Assembly (NCBI GenBank): GCA_041753015.1
Contig: JBGSVJ010000003.1
Span: forward strand, 371 to 64,370
DNA: 64,000 nucleotides
Origin: Anaerolineae bacterium
GTDB lineage: Bacteria > Chloroflexota > Anaerolineae > Aggregatilineales > Phototrophicaceae
Direction: 5' to 3'
Positions within the stretch are counted from its first letter, which is position 1. Each line of letters starts with the position of its first letter. The notes beneath the pieces are model-generated. The model saw only the letters and a list, made by a program, of their open reading frames with translations, ran no database searches and was not told where the DNA came from. A program made the translations under genes and the position numbers. Below, piece by piece: positions 47,416 to 56,068 of the stretch.

Positions 47416-48615
47416 TCAAGGGATTCCCCAAGCGTAAATCGCTCCATTGGCGTCGAACAGCAGGATCAAGCGCCCGTCGTCCGTCCATTCAACTTCAAGA
47501 ATTGTCCGACTTTCAATCGGGATTTCAAACGCGCCGCCGCTTTGTTGAGTCATCGCGGCGACATTCCATAAGACCGGCGGCTGATTGACGGATGTCGTCA
47601 CAATCATCGTGCCATCGGGTGAAAAGTCACCGTCAACCCGCGATCCGCTTGTGTTCGGGAGCGTGGCGATCCGCTGTGCTTGCACGGTTGACCATAAGCT
47701 GATGCCGCTATCAGAAACGCCCGCCGCGATCACCGCACCGTCGGCGGAATACGTGGCGAACTGCGTATAACCGCCGACGGTCAAGGCGCGGGTAGGGGTG
47801 TTCGTCATGGCGACGAGTTCAACCGTTTGATCCATTGCGACGGCAAGCTGTTCAGCATCAGGCGAAAATGCGACCGCATGCGCCAGCAGCCGCGTTGTAC
47901 CTAAGACGCTGCTTTGACGCTCCAAAAGCGGCGTGCTCGTCTCCCATGTGTACACGCGCAGCCAGCCGTCTCCATCCGCCGCCGCGAGGCGTGAGCCATC
48001 CGCCGAAAATACCAGCGCCGTGATCGCCGCGCCGCCGCCGAACGTGATCCGCGACTCACGGCGGATCATGTCCCAAATCTTGATTGTGCCGTCCGTACCG
48101 CCGAGGGCGATCAGGTCATGATCAGGCGCGGTTGCCCACACGTTCGCATACGCGGTGTGACCGAGCGCGCGATACAGATCGCGTCCGTTTGCAGCATCGA
48201 TCACGCGCAGATCGCCGCCCGAATCAATGCCGAAGATTTCGGTTTTGTCCGATGAAAACATCACCTGAACGGTATCAAGCCGTGCATTGCTAAAGATGCG
48301 ATCCCCTGTGAGCAAGTCCCACACGATGATCGCATCGTTGGTCAGCCCGACGAGGCTCAACCCATCAGGTGAGACGGCATGCGCGAACACGGTTGCTGCC
48401 GCGCCGTCTTGATCCAGCCGCCCCAAATAGCTGATCGCTGGGACGGTATCAAGGCGAATCGGGGCGCTGGTTTCGCGCCATTCAGGAGCGCCGAGCGTGG
48501 GTGCGGCGGCACGGTCAGGCGTGGGGGTGGTGGTTTCACCGCAGCCCGATACGATCAGCAGCGCGAATAAAAGGGCGTACTGGTGTACGCCCCGCTTCGT
48601 GTGTCCTCGCCCCAT
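47416..48615 (-). CDS. WD40-repeat lipoprotein
   Basis: Lipobox VSGC, repeated SPDG / DGTIKIWD blades. Confidence 0.88.
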   Translation of the reverse strand: MGRGHTKRGVHQYALLFALLIVSGCGETTTPTPDRAAAPTLGAPEWRETSAPIRLDTVPAISYLGRLDQDGAAATVFAHAVSPDGLSLVGLTNDAIIVWDLLTGDRIFSNARLDTVQVMFSSDKTEIFGIDSGGDLRVIDAANGRDLYRALGHTAYANVWATAPDHDLIALGGTDGTIKIWDMIRRESRITFGGGAAITALVFSADGSRLAAADGDGWLRVYTWETSTPLLERQSSVLGTTRLLAHAVAFSPDAEQLAVAMDQTVELVAMTNTPTRALTVGGYTQFATYSADGAVIAAGVSDSGISLWSTVQAQRIATLPNTSGSRVDGDFSPDGTMIVTTSVNQPPVLWNVAAMTQQSGGAFEIPIESRTILEVEWTDDGRLILLFDANGAIYAWGIP

Positions 48616-48618
48616 CAG

Positions 48619-50862
48619 CTATTCCTCTGGCGCGTAGAGGGCAAAATCTGCCGCGCTGATGCCTGTGAAGTAAAGCTGGTACAGCCCGCATTCACCTTCA
48701 AAGTCTTCAATGTCGCCGTTTTGATTCAGGTCAACGCCGTCCATGATCGCTAACGTGCGTTCGGTCGAGGTGCGCATCTGCTCTGCGACGGCTTCAAGCG
48801 AATCGGAGGCGAGTAGTTCACGCTCAAGCGTGATCACTTCATCCATCCATGCCCGCGTATTCGCCACGCACACACGGATCGACTCCAATTGGCGCTGAAT
48901 TTCCAACGGGGCAGATGCCGATGCATCACTGATTTTTGCGTCGATGCGATCCAAGAATGTGACAACGCCGACGCCGCGACCGGGGTTTTGTCCATCTCCG
49001 CTGCCGTCGAGGTCATCTTGTGTGCCGAGCAGGATATTGATCGTATGCTCGGCGTGGGTGTGCATACCGCTGACGTTGGTCGCCCCCGCCGCGAGTCCGG
49101 CGTGCCGCTGCGCGAGTGCTGCTTCAACCCGCGCACCTTCTAGCAAGCTCGTCCCCGCGTTGAGTGTGGTTTCATCCTCGTATTCTTCGCCGCCGGGTTC
49201 ACCGCCGCCTGAGCTGGCTGCCGCTGGCAGTCCATCTGGGGAACTCATGAAAATCTCGTTCAGCGCGGCGACGACATCGACCGGAAGCTCCCCTTCAAAC
49301 ACGATGTCACCGACGGGCATTTCTGGTAGGGGATCACCTTCGCGGGTGATAAAGACGCGGTGATAGTGTGTCGCAAGACTGCCCTGTCCTGTCATCGTAA
49401 CTGAGCCGCGTCCGCCTTCGCCGATTTCGAGCACGCCGAGCGGCAGTACCTCACCATCCATGGTGTCGATCATCCATGCCGCGTATTGCTCACGGTTGGG
49501 GAGCGCGGGCAGTTGATCGATGGTCACGGTGATCGTATCGCCGGGAAAAGCGGCGGTCGAATACGAAACGCGCCCTGCCGCTTCCCGCGGCGGGGGTGCA
49601 TCGGTTGATGTCGGCGCGGCGGTCGCTTCCTCAGTGGGGGGCGGCTCCACGAGCGGCGTTATTTGCGCGGCGATTTCCGGTGGGCGGTTCGGATCGAAGG
49701 TTTCCGGCGTCGTGCGCGGCGGATTATTGCTTTGGCTGAGGAGCACGATCAGTACGACCACCAACAACGTAGCGATCACCGCAAAGCCGCCGATCGTGAC
49801 GACGGAATTTAACCCGTTTTGCGTACCCACTTGGGTTGGCATGGGCGTATTTGTCGGGATGTAATACCCCGGCGGCGGCGTGCCCATTTGATAGCCGGGC
49901 GGCGGCGTGCCGACCTGATACCCCGGCGGAAAATTGGCAGGAGGATACGGCGTGGACTGCGGCACGGGTGTGGGCGGCGTGTAAGGGCGCGTCGGGTGCG
50001 GCTCGATCAGCGTGGGGTGCTCCGGCTGCATCAAATCTTGACCCTGTATCGCGCGGCGGAAGTCTTCCGCGAAGGCTGCCGCCGTTTGATAGCGGTCTGC
50101 CGCTTCTTTTGACAGCGCTTTTTCAATTACCCGATCTAACCCCGGCGGCAGACCGGGCGCTTTGCTCGAAAGCAGCGGCGGCTTCTCGGTCATGTGCTTG
50201 ATGATCAACTGCACGGGCGTATCGCTCTGGTAGGGCGGCGCGCCGGTGAGCATTTCGTAGGTGACGACGCCGAACGAGTAAATATCCACCCGCCCATCGA
50301 CCGCTGCGTTTTGCGCCTGCTCCGGCGCGATATAGGTTGGCGTGCCGACTAATCCGCCAGTTGTGGTCATGCCGCCCGATTCCATCAACTTGGCGATGCC
50401 GAAATCGCTGAGGAGGGCAAAGCCTTCTTTGTCGATTAAGATATTATCCGGCTTGATGTCGCGATGAATCACCCCTTGACGATGCGCGTAATCGAGCGCG
50501 GACGCGATTTGATTCACCAAGCGCTCAACATCGTTGAGCGAGAGCCGCCCGCGCCGGAGACGATCCGACAACGAGCCGCCGTCGATGTACGGCATCACCA
50601 GATACAAGACCGAGTCTTGATCGCCGTAGTCATACAACGGGAGAATGTGCGGATGCTGGAGCTTGGCAATTGTGCGCGCTTCTTGTCGGAAACGATCCAC
50701 GAAGCCGGGTGCTTGCCCCGGATGCGGCGGTAATACCTTGACGGCGACATATCGGGCGACGTCCGCCTGATAGCCTTTGTAAACGGTCGCCATGCCGCCG
50801 TGTCCTACAAGCTGAGTGATCTGATATTTGCCGAGTTTTTGTCCCACCAACGAAGATGACAC
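48619..50862 (-). CDS. Transmembrane Ser/Thr protein kinase
   Basis: GHGGMATV, HRDIKPDN, DFG, GTPTYIAPE; Pro-rich linker; TM; extracellular domain. Confidence 0.93.
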   Translation of the reverse strand: MSSSLVGQKLGKYQITQLVGHGGMATVYKGYQADVARYVAVKVLPPHPGQAPGFVDRFRQEARTIAKLQHPHILPLYDYGDQDSVLYLVMPYIDGGSLSDRLRRGRLSLNDVERLVNQIASALDYAHRQGVIHRDIKPDNILIDKEGFALLSDFGIAKLMESGGMTTTGGLVGTPTYIAPEQAQNAAVDGRVDIYSFGVVTYEMLTGAPPYQSDTPVQLIIKHMTEKPPLLSSKAPGLPPGLDRVIEKALSKEAADRYQTAAAFAEDFRRAIQGQDLMQPEHPTLIEPHPTRPYTPPTPVPQSTPYPPANFPPGYQVGTPPPGYQMGTPPPGYYIPTNTPMPTQVGTQNGLNSVVTIGGFAVIATLLVVVLIVLLSQSNNPPRTTPETFDPNRPPEIAAQITPLVEPPPTEEATAAPTSTDAPPPREAAGRVSYSTAAFPGDTITVTIDQLPALPNREQYAAWMIDTMDGEVLPLGVLEIGEGGRGSVTMTGQGSLATHYHRVFITREGDPLPEMPVGDIVFEGELPVDVVAALNEIFMSSPDGLPAAASSGGGEPGGEEYEDETTLNAGTSLLEGARVEAALAQRHAGLAAGATNVSGMHTHAEHTINILLGTQDDLDGSGDGQNPGRGVGVVTFLDRIDAKISDASASAPLEIQRQLESIRVCVANTRAWMDEVITLERELLASDSLEAVAEQMRTSTERTLAIMDGVDLNQNGDIEDFEGECGLYQLYFTGISAADFALYAPEE

Positions 50863-50898
50863 AGCTTTGTCCTTCCCGCCACGCGTCTCTGATTTCCG

Positions 50899-51840
50899 TT
50901 AAAGTGCGTATGCCGCCTCAAGTTCGTCACGCAAGCTGAGGTAACTCTCGTAACGCTCACGACGGATCGCGCCGGACTCGGCGGCTGCGCGCACGGCGCA
51001 CCCCGGCTCGTCATGGTGGGTGCAGTCGCCAAAACGACAGGCGGACACCAACGGCGCGATCTCTCGATAGTACGCATCCAGTTCTTCTGGCTCAATATCC
51101 CATAAGGTCAAGTGACGCAGCCCCGGCGTATCCGCCAGATACCCGCCGCCTTCCAGCTTGATCAACTCGCTGTAGCGGGTGGTGTGCATCCCTAACTGTG
51201 AATTATCGCTGACTGATTTGACTGCTCGACCCAATCCCGGCTGAACCTTGTTGAGTAGGCTTGTCTTTCCGACGCCGGATGGACCGGTAAACACACTGAT
51301 TTTGCCCGCCAGCCGTTCGCGGAGCGACTCCACGCCGATATTCATCAGCGCGCTGGTGTAGATCACGGTATAGCCGATCGCTTCATAAATGGCGAAGAGT
51401 TCGCGCACCGAATCGGCGAGGTCGATTTTGTTGGCGACTATATAGAGCGTTTCGATGTCGGATTTTTCGCCCACGACCAGAAAACGATCCAGCGCTTTGG
51501 GCTGTGGTGCGGGGGATGCCGCCGCGAACACGAAAAATGCCTGTTCCGCGTTGGCGATGATCACCTGCTCACGCTCGGCGCTGCCTTGACCGCGTTTGCC
51601 TTCCGTGCGTGCCGACCGCGACAGAACGCTAGTGCGCTCATCTACCTCGGTGATCATGCCGGAAGTTTCATCCGTTGGAGTAAACGTCACGCGATCCCCG
51701 ATGGCGGCAATGTCAGATGATTGGGCATCTTCCATGAGGCGACCACGCAGCCGGCAGCGGTAGACCTTGTCTGTCTCGGCTTCTACCCAGAAGAATCCAC
51801 TTTGCTCTTTGATCACCAATCCGTGCAGCGCAAAGGTCAA
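50899..51840 (-). CDS. rsgA: Ribosome small subunit-dependent GTPase A
   Basis: NKID, GPSGVGKTS, GMHTT, DTPG, CRFGDCTHHDEPGC zinc finger. Confidence 0.96.
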   Translation of the reverse strand: MTFALHGLVIKEQSGFFWVEAETDKVYRCRLRGRLMEDAQSSDIAAIGDRVTFTPTDETSGMITEVDERTSVLSRSARTEGKRGQGSAEREQVIIANAEQAFFVFAAASPAPQPKALDRFLVVGEKSDIETLYIVANKIDLADSVRELFAIYEAIGYTVIYTSALMNIGVESLRERLAGKISVFTGPSGVGKTSLLNKVQPGLGRAVKSVSDNSQLGMHTTRYSELIKLEGGGYLADTPGLRHLTLWDIEPEELDAYYREIAPLVSACRFGDCTHHDEPGCAVRAAAESGAIRRERYESYLSLRDELEAAYAL

Positions 51841-52070
51841 CTACGCATCTCCATCCGTTCTTTATCGAACATGAACCATATCGAAAATTTTTGAACACCA
51901 AAGCATCGCTGAACGCCGTATTTCTCTTTCTTTGTGTTCGGTACTTGCCTTGAGTATCTCTATTCTACACGAAAACAGAACGTACACAGCCGTTCGTGGA
52001 TTATCGGGTTGTCGGCGCGTCTATGGTATGATCTCACCCAGTTTAGAATGGTTATTGACGAGGATTTGTC

Positions 52071-52946
52071 GTGGAAAATCAGCCCGTCCCCCCCGCCGCG
52101 GAGGCGAACAGCGAAATACCTGTACCTAATATCGCGTCTGCATCACCCGCCGCACCTAAACCCACTGCCGACAGCACCGTTGTCACGATGCAGCGTTCGA
52201 CGATCAATATGATTCTGACCGGGCTGATCTTTCTCGTGATCGGCGTGATCGTCGGGATGATTATTTATGATCGGTCAGTCAATAATGAGGCACAAATCCG
52301 GCGGATTGTGTCGGTTGCGCTGGAGGCAAGCCGAGCCGAAACCGAATCGATGATTCAGGCGGCATTGGCGGACATCGGCGGCGGCGGCGAGACTGTCGCC
52401 CGTTTGGGCGATGATCCCACCGCTCGTTACACGCTTTCGGTGGAAGGTCCCGCGTTGGGTGCCGAGAACGCCCCGATCACGATTGTGGCGTTTGAGGATT
52501 TCCAGTGCGGCTATTGCAAGCGATTCAATGATGATACGCTGCCGCAGATTCTCGCCGCGTACCCGGATCAAGTGCGGTTTATTCACCACAGTTTCCCGAT
52601 TTTAGGGCAAGCCTCGCTGGATGCTGCGCACGCGGCACAGTGCGCGAACGCTCAAGGGCGCTTCTGGGATTTCCACACGCAGTTCTACGGGAATCAGCAG
52701 TCGCTCACGGCGGAAAACTTCACCGCATATGCGACCTCCATTGAACTGGATGTCGCCGCGTTCACCGCCTGCTATGAAGGACAGGAATTCCAAAGCGCGA
52801 TAATCGCTGACCTTGCGGAAGGTCAGACGCTCGGCATCACCGGAACGCCGACCTTCTTCATTAATGGGCGTGTCGTGATCGGCGCGCAGCCGTTCGCGGT
52901 GTTCGCCAGTGTGATCGAACAGGAACTCGCCGCGCTGGGGAGTTAG
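52071..52946 (+). CDS. Membrane-anchored DsbA-family thioredoxin
   Basis: TM anchor, DFQCGYC, GITGTPTFFING. Confidence 0.93.
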   Translation: MENQPVPPAAEANSEIPVPNIASASPAAPKPTADSTVVTMQRSTINMILTGLIFLVIGVIVGMIIYDRSVNNEAQIRRIVSVALEASRAETESMIQAALADIGGGGETVARLGDDPTARYTLSVEGPALGAENAPITIVAFEDFQCGYCKRFNDDTLPQILAAYPDQVRFIHHSFPILGQASLDAAHAAQCANAQGRFWDFHTQFYGNQQSLTAENFTAYATSIELDVAAFTACYEGQEFQSAIIADLAEGQTLGITGTPTFFINGRVVIGAQPFAVFASVIEQELAALGS

Positions 52947-52971
52947 GTAGGGGCAGGGGTGAAAATAGCAG

Positions 52972-53334
52972 CTACTCTATAGAAACAACTGGGGCGCTGT
53001 TCTTGTGTATCCGCTTGGGGGCATAAGAAGCCAGCGCCCGGTCAATTTGTGCTTTTCGGCGTGTACTCATCAGTGGATAAAGCGCTTGCATTAAGAGATA
53101 GGCGCGGTAGCCGCGAAGGGCGATGTTAAACGCATCTTTCGCGCCTTCGCGCTTGATCTTGATTCGGTGATATTTGCAATCGAGTAGGGCGGCTGCGCGG
53201 GCGACAACATCCTCATCAGTCATCATGAGCCGCACGATTGGGCGGTTGGGGGCGGACGGCATCGGCGCGAGGAATGATCCCTCGCCTTCGAGAAGTCCCG
53301 CTAGCCAATAGAGCTGTCGTTTGTCTGTAATCAT
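52972..53334 (-). CDS. Single-motif LAGLIDADG-like endonuclease
   Basis: N-terminal WLAGLLEGEGSF helix, MTDEDVV, LYPLM..RRKAQI pattern. Confidence 0.8.
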   Translation of the reverse strand: MITDKRQLYWLAGLLEGEGSFLAPMPSAPNRPIVRLMMTDEDVVARAAALLDCKYHRIKIKREGAKDAFNIALRGYRAYLLMQALYPLMSTRRKAQIDRALASYAPKRIHKNSAPVVSIE

Positions 53335-53342
53335 AAGGGGAA

Positions 53343-53415
53343 TGGGACTGGCAGGACTCGAACCTGCAAACCGTTCAGTTATGAGCCGACTGCTCTACCA
53401 TTGAGCTACAGTCCC
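53343..53415 (-). tRNA. tRNA-CAT (probably Ile2; elongator Met not excluded)
   Basis: GGGACTG TAGCTCAATGGTAGAGC A GTCGG CTCATAA CTGAA CGGTT TGCAGGTTCGAGTCCTGC CAGTCCC A; no encoded CCA. Confidence 0.88.
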
Positions 53416-53432
53416 AGTTGTTTCGGTTCAAG

Positions 53433-53503
53433 AGCGGGCTAACAGATTCGAACTGTCACTCAAACCTTGGAAGGGTTTCGTGCTACCGTTACACCAAGCC
53501 CGC
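53433..53503 (-). tRNA. tRNA-Gly (TCC)
   Basis: GCGGGCT acceptor stem, AAACC-CTTCCAA-GGTTT anticodon arm, TTCGAAT T-loop, U discriminator; no CCA. Confidence 0.92.
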
Positions 53504-53508
53504 ACAAC

Positions 53509-53979
53509 TTATTTGGAGAGTTGTTGACGTATCAAGTATGCATAGCTTTTTGATACACCAAACTCATTCGCCAAAGTTATCACATGTTCGCCATTTTGTA
53601 AACGCCTTTTGATTGACTCAAGGCGCTCACCTTCTAACACAAGCCGATTATCTCGAACATAACATGCGATCGCGTGATCAATTTGGCTTTGCCGACGCGC
53701 ACCCATAAGCGGCCGAAGAAGTTTCATCAATTCGACCGCGCGCCTGCCCGTCAATTTGGCGCTGTAATAAGGCTTCCAACCGTGTTCTTGATTGCGCTTC
53801 GGGTAGTTGTAGGTAGGTGAAGTGTTGAAGAGCTTCGCAATCCGCGCGACAACATCTTGATCAACACTGTTTACGGTAATGAGGGGTTTGGTAGGGTTGG
53901 ACGGAGTACCTGCAGAAAACGAGCCTTCGGCTTCGAGGATACCTGCCAACCAGTAGAGGTCGAGTTCTTCAATATTCAT
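53509..53979 (-). CDS. Single-motif LAGLIDADG-like endonuclease with C-terminal HTH
   Basis: LYWLAGILEAEGSF, SVDQDVV, LRPLM..RRQSQI; C-terminal TLANEFGVSKSYAYLI HTH; paralogous to 52972-53334. Confidence 0.8.
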   Translation of the reverse strand: MNIEELDLYWLAGILEAEGSFSAGTPSNPTKPLITVNSVDQDVVARIAKLFNTSPTYNYPKRNQEHGWKPYYSAKLTGRRAVELMKLLRPLMGARRQSQIDHAIACYVRDNRLVLEGERLESIKRRLQNGEHVITLANEFGVSKSYAYLIRQQLSK

Positions 53980-53990
53980 GCTAGAAATTG

Positions 53991-54063
53991 TCGGGGTGCC
54001 GGGATTTGAACCCGGGATACAACCTCCCAAAGATTGCGTGTTACCAGGTTACACTACACCCCG
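53991..54063 (-). tRNA. tRNA-Pro (TGG)
   Basis: CGGGGTG acceptor (C1-G72, A73), CAATC-TTTGGGA-GGTTG anticodon arm, GGTTCAAATCC; no CCA. Confidence 0.92.
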
Positions 54064-54073
54064 TTCCATTACT

Positions 54074-54718
54074 TTACCATGTGCTTTTGACAAAGTCCAT
54101 CCATGCTTGCAGCCGCGCGCGGAAATAAGTGTCGCTGACTTGTACAGTACAAACGCCATATACTGAGCGAAACTGCCGACCGGATAATTGCCCGCTGTTG
54201 GACTTGCGAATGATTTCAAAGCGCTCAGGCTGGAGATTCAAGAGGTTTCCCCAGAAACGCTGAAGTTCAGCAGGCTCATGATCGGCGTGGATTTGCAGTC
54301 GATAGTAGTAAGTCTTGTCGCTGTATCGCCGCATTACATCATGACTCAGTTTCACTACCTTTGGATCGGAGTTGCATATATCAACCCGATTTCGATCCTT
54401 CTTACCACCCTCCCCGATATACATCAGCACAAAATCGCGCACCTTGAGATCAGTCGTGAGAAGGGTAGGCGCTTCGCTTATGCCGAGGTCATACCACGTT
54501 TGACGCTTGGCGGCGGCGCGCTCCTGATTCGCAAGTGAGGCGATGATCTGCCCCTGCGGATTGCGCGGACGGGTTACGGGCAAAGGATAATCTTTGATCC
54601 ACCCGTACACCGTCGTCTTGGGGAGCTGCAAGCGCTCGATGATCTCATCCAGTGTCATGTGATCCTTGGTACGCAGTTCAATCGCTTTTGCGCGCAGGTG
54701 CGGGGGATACGTTGTCAT
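54074..54718 (-). CDS. N-terminal HTH + divergent LAGLIDADG-like domain protein
   Basis: AIELR..TLDEIIERLQLPKTTVYGW HTH; LMYIGEGGK, CNSDP, LQIH, RFW, YGVC motifs. Confidence 0.65.
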   Translation of the reverse strand: MTTYPPHLRAKAIELRTKDHMTLDEIIERLQLPKTTVYGWIKDYPLPVTRPRNPQGQIIASLANQERAAAKRQTWYDLGISEAPTLLTTDLKVRDFVLMYIGEGGKKDRNRVDICNSDPKVVKLSHDVMRRYSDKTYYYRLQIHADHEPAELQRFWGNLLNLQPERFEIIRKSNSGQLSGRQFRSVYGVCTVQVSDTYFRARLQAWMDFVKSTW

Positions 54719-54748
54719 CGATGTTAATCCTGTAATCGATCCGATACT

Positions 54749-54757
54749 ATTATAACA
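54749..54757 (-). promoter_or_regulatory. Extended -10 promoter of the tRNA/LAGLIDADG unit
   Basis: TGtTATAAT 30 nt upstream of the first ATG. Confidence 0.65.
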
Positions 54758-54800
54758 TGATCGTCACGTTACGGCGCGTAAGTGCTTCGCACCTGTTTTT

Positions 54801-54849
54801 CTCCCCTCTCTAACCGAAGTTTGGAGAGGGGCAGTACATCGGGGCGAAA
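54801..54849. repeat. Family B repeat
   Basis: cccctctctaaccgaagtttggagaggggcagtacatcggggc; shares core and tail with the 58119 copy. Confidence 0.75.
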
Positions 54850-54879
54850 GTGTCGTCCCGCAACAGAGGGAATAAGCAC

Positions 54880-55302
54880 CTACGTAGGACTACTCGTCAG
54901 ATCAACCGTGCGGAGCCAATCCAGAGCTGCGGCGGGCTGTGTGAACACCATGATGCGAAGCCCTTGATCGTAGTAGGACTGGACGAATTCAGCTAAGTTC
55001 ATGCGCGCCATGATATCTTCAGGTACGACCAGCGCCCAATACTTCCACCCCGCCGCGACGGCACGCGGAAACCAGTTCGACTGCGCCCACGCGGTATCAT
55101 CGTCAGGCAGCGCACTGTTGCCGCGATCATCAGAGAGCCATTTTGAGGCGCCATGACTGCGAAGCGTCTCGATGCCGGTATTCAATACTTGCCGGAAGGG
55201 TTCGCCGCTGATGGGCTTGTGAAATGTGTGATGAACGATTTTGGCTTCGTTTTCATAGACCAGTGTTGCATACTCGTTGTCTATGATGGTTGAAATGGTC
55301 AT
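54880..55302 (-). CDS. STAS/SEC14 (SpoIIAA-like) protein
   Basis: KWLSDDR, W...WFPRAVAAGWKYWALVVP, F...AALDWL. Confidence 0.7.
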   Translation of the reverse strand: MTISTIIDNEYATLVYENEAKIVHHTFHKPISGEPFRQVLNTGIETLRSHGASKWLSDDRGNSALPDDDTAWAQSNWFPRAVAAGWKYWALVVPEDIMARMNLAEFVQSYYDQGLRIMVFTQPAAALDWLRTVDLTSSPT

Positions 55303-55427
55303 TGAGGAAGATTCCTTCTGCGTGAGCGATAGATTTCGTTCAAATATCGTTTACTTCAGAATCATGCTCAAGATTACACGCGATTCAATGAGAATTCACT
55401 CTAGAACAGATGAATAATTTCTGAAAT

Positions 55428-55473
55428 CCCTGTCCCTCTCCAACCCTAGGTTGGAGAGGGACAGGGGGAGGAG
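55428..55473. repeat. Family B near-perfect hairpin
   Basis: ccctgtccctctccaac-loop-gttggagagggacaggg. Confidence 0.8.
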
Positions 55474-55505
55474 TGATAAACGTTCTTGCGTGCGGCACAG
55501 CGCAC

Positions 55506-55994
55506 CTACTTTTTCTTCGGCGGCTTCTTCCCGAAGATTTTCAGCCATTCTTCGACTTCTTTCGGGGAGACGGTCACATCCATGTGCGCTTCTTTGTCGA
55601 TGTGTTTGGGTTTCGGCTTCGGTGGATTTAGTTCGAGGACGAATTCGGCGCTCTTGATCGCGCGCATTTTCCGCTCACGGGCGGCGGCGAGCACTTCATG
55701 ATCCCCGCTCACAACCACCCACATCATCGGATCAGGGGCGGAACGGATGCGCACTTGCATGATCGCATCCGCCGTCGTTCCCGGTGATGCGAACAGGACT
55801 TCAACCACGCTGTTGCCAAGATGCGACTTGCCCGCCGGAACGCCGTTGTCAAAGACCACGATCACGCGCTTACGGGTGCGCGCCGCAAATCCCTTGAGCT
55901 TCAGCACCAGCTTGGCTTCGTCGTTCGGATCAGCCAGCGAAATATCGGGGAGCTGCCCGATTAAGTTGTGTCCGTCGATCAAATACGCCATCAT
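55506..55994 (-). CDS. NYN (YacP/Rae1-like) PIN-fold RNase
   Basis: YLIDGHNL, VVFD, TADAI, VVSGD. Confidence 0.88.
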   Translation of the reverse strand: MMAYLIDGHNLIGQLPDISLADPNDEAKLVLKLKGFAARTRKRVIVVFDNGVPAGKSHLGNSVVEVLFASPGTTADAIMQVRIRSAPDPMMWVVVSGDHEVLAAARERKMRAIKSAEFVLELNPPKPKPKHIDKEAHMDVTVSPKEVEEWLKIFGKKPPKKK

Positions 55995-56068
55995 ACCGCC
56001 CTGCAAACTGTGATACAGCAGTGTATCATGAGGTGGTCATTTATCAGTCCCCTATTCGCTGCGTGTTT

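Noticed and set aside
53980-54030. N-terminal extension of ORF 53509..54030
   Set aside because: It reads through tRNA-Pro; the ATG at 53979 matches the start of the paralogue
52972-54718. Group I intron, intein or tRNA-integrated prophage as host of the LAGLIDADG ORFs
   Set aside because: The tRNAs are uninterrupted, gaps are only 5-17 nt, and no splicing domains, integrase or duplicated tRNA 3' end were seen
55506-55994. NYN RNase as part of the tRNA/LAGLIDADG module
   Set aside because: Separated by another gene, two repeats and the module's own promoter; proximity is the only evidence
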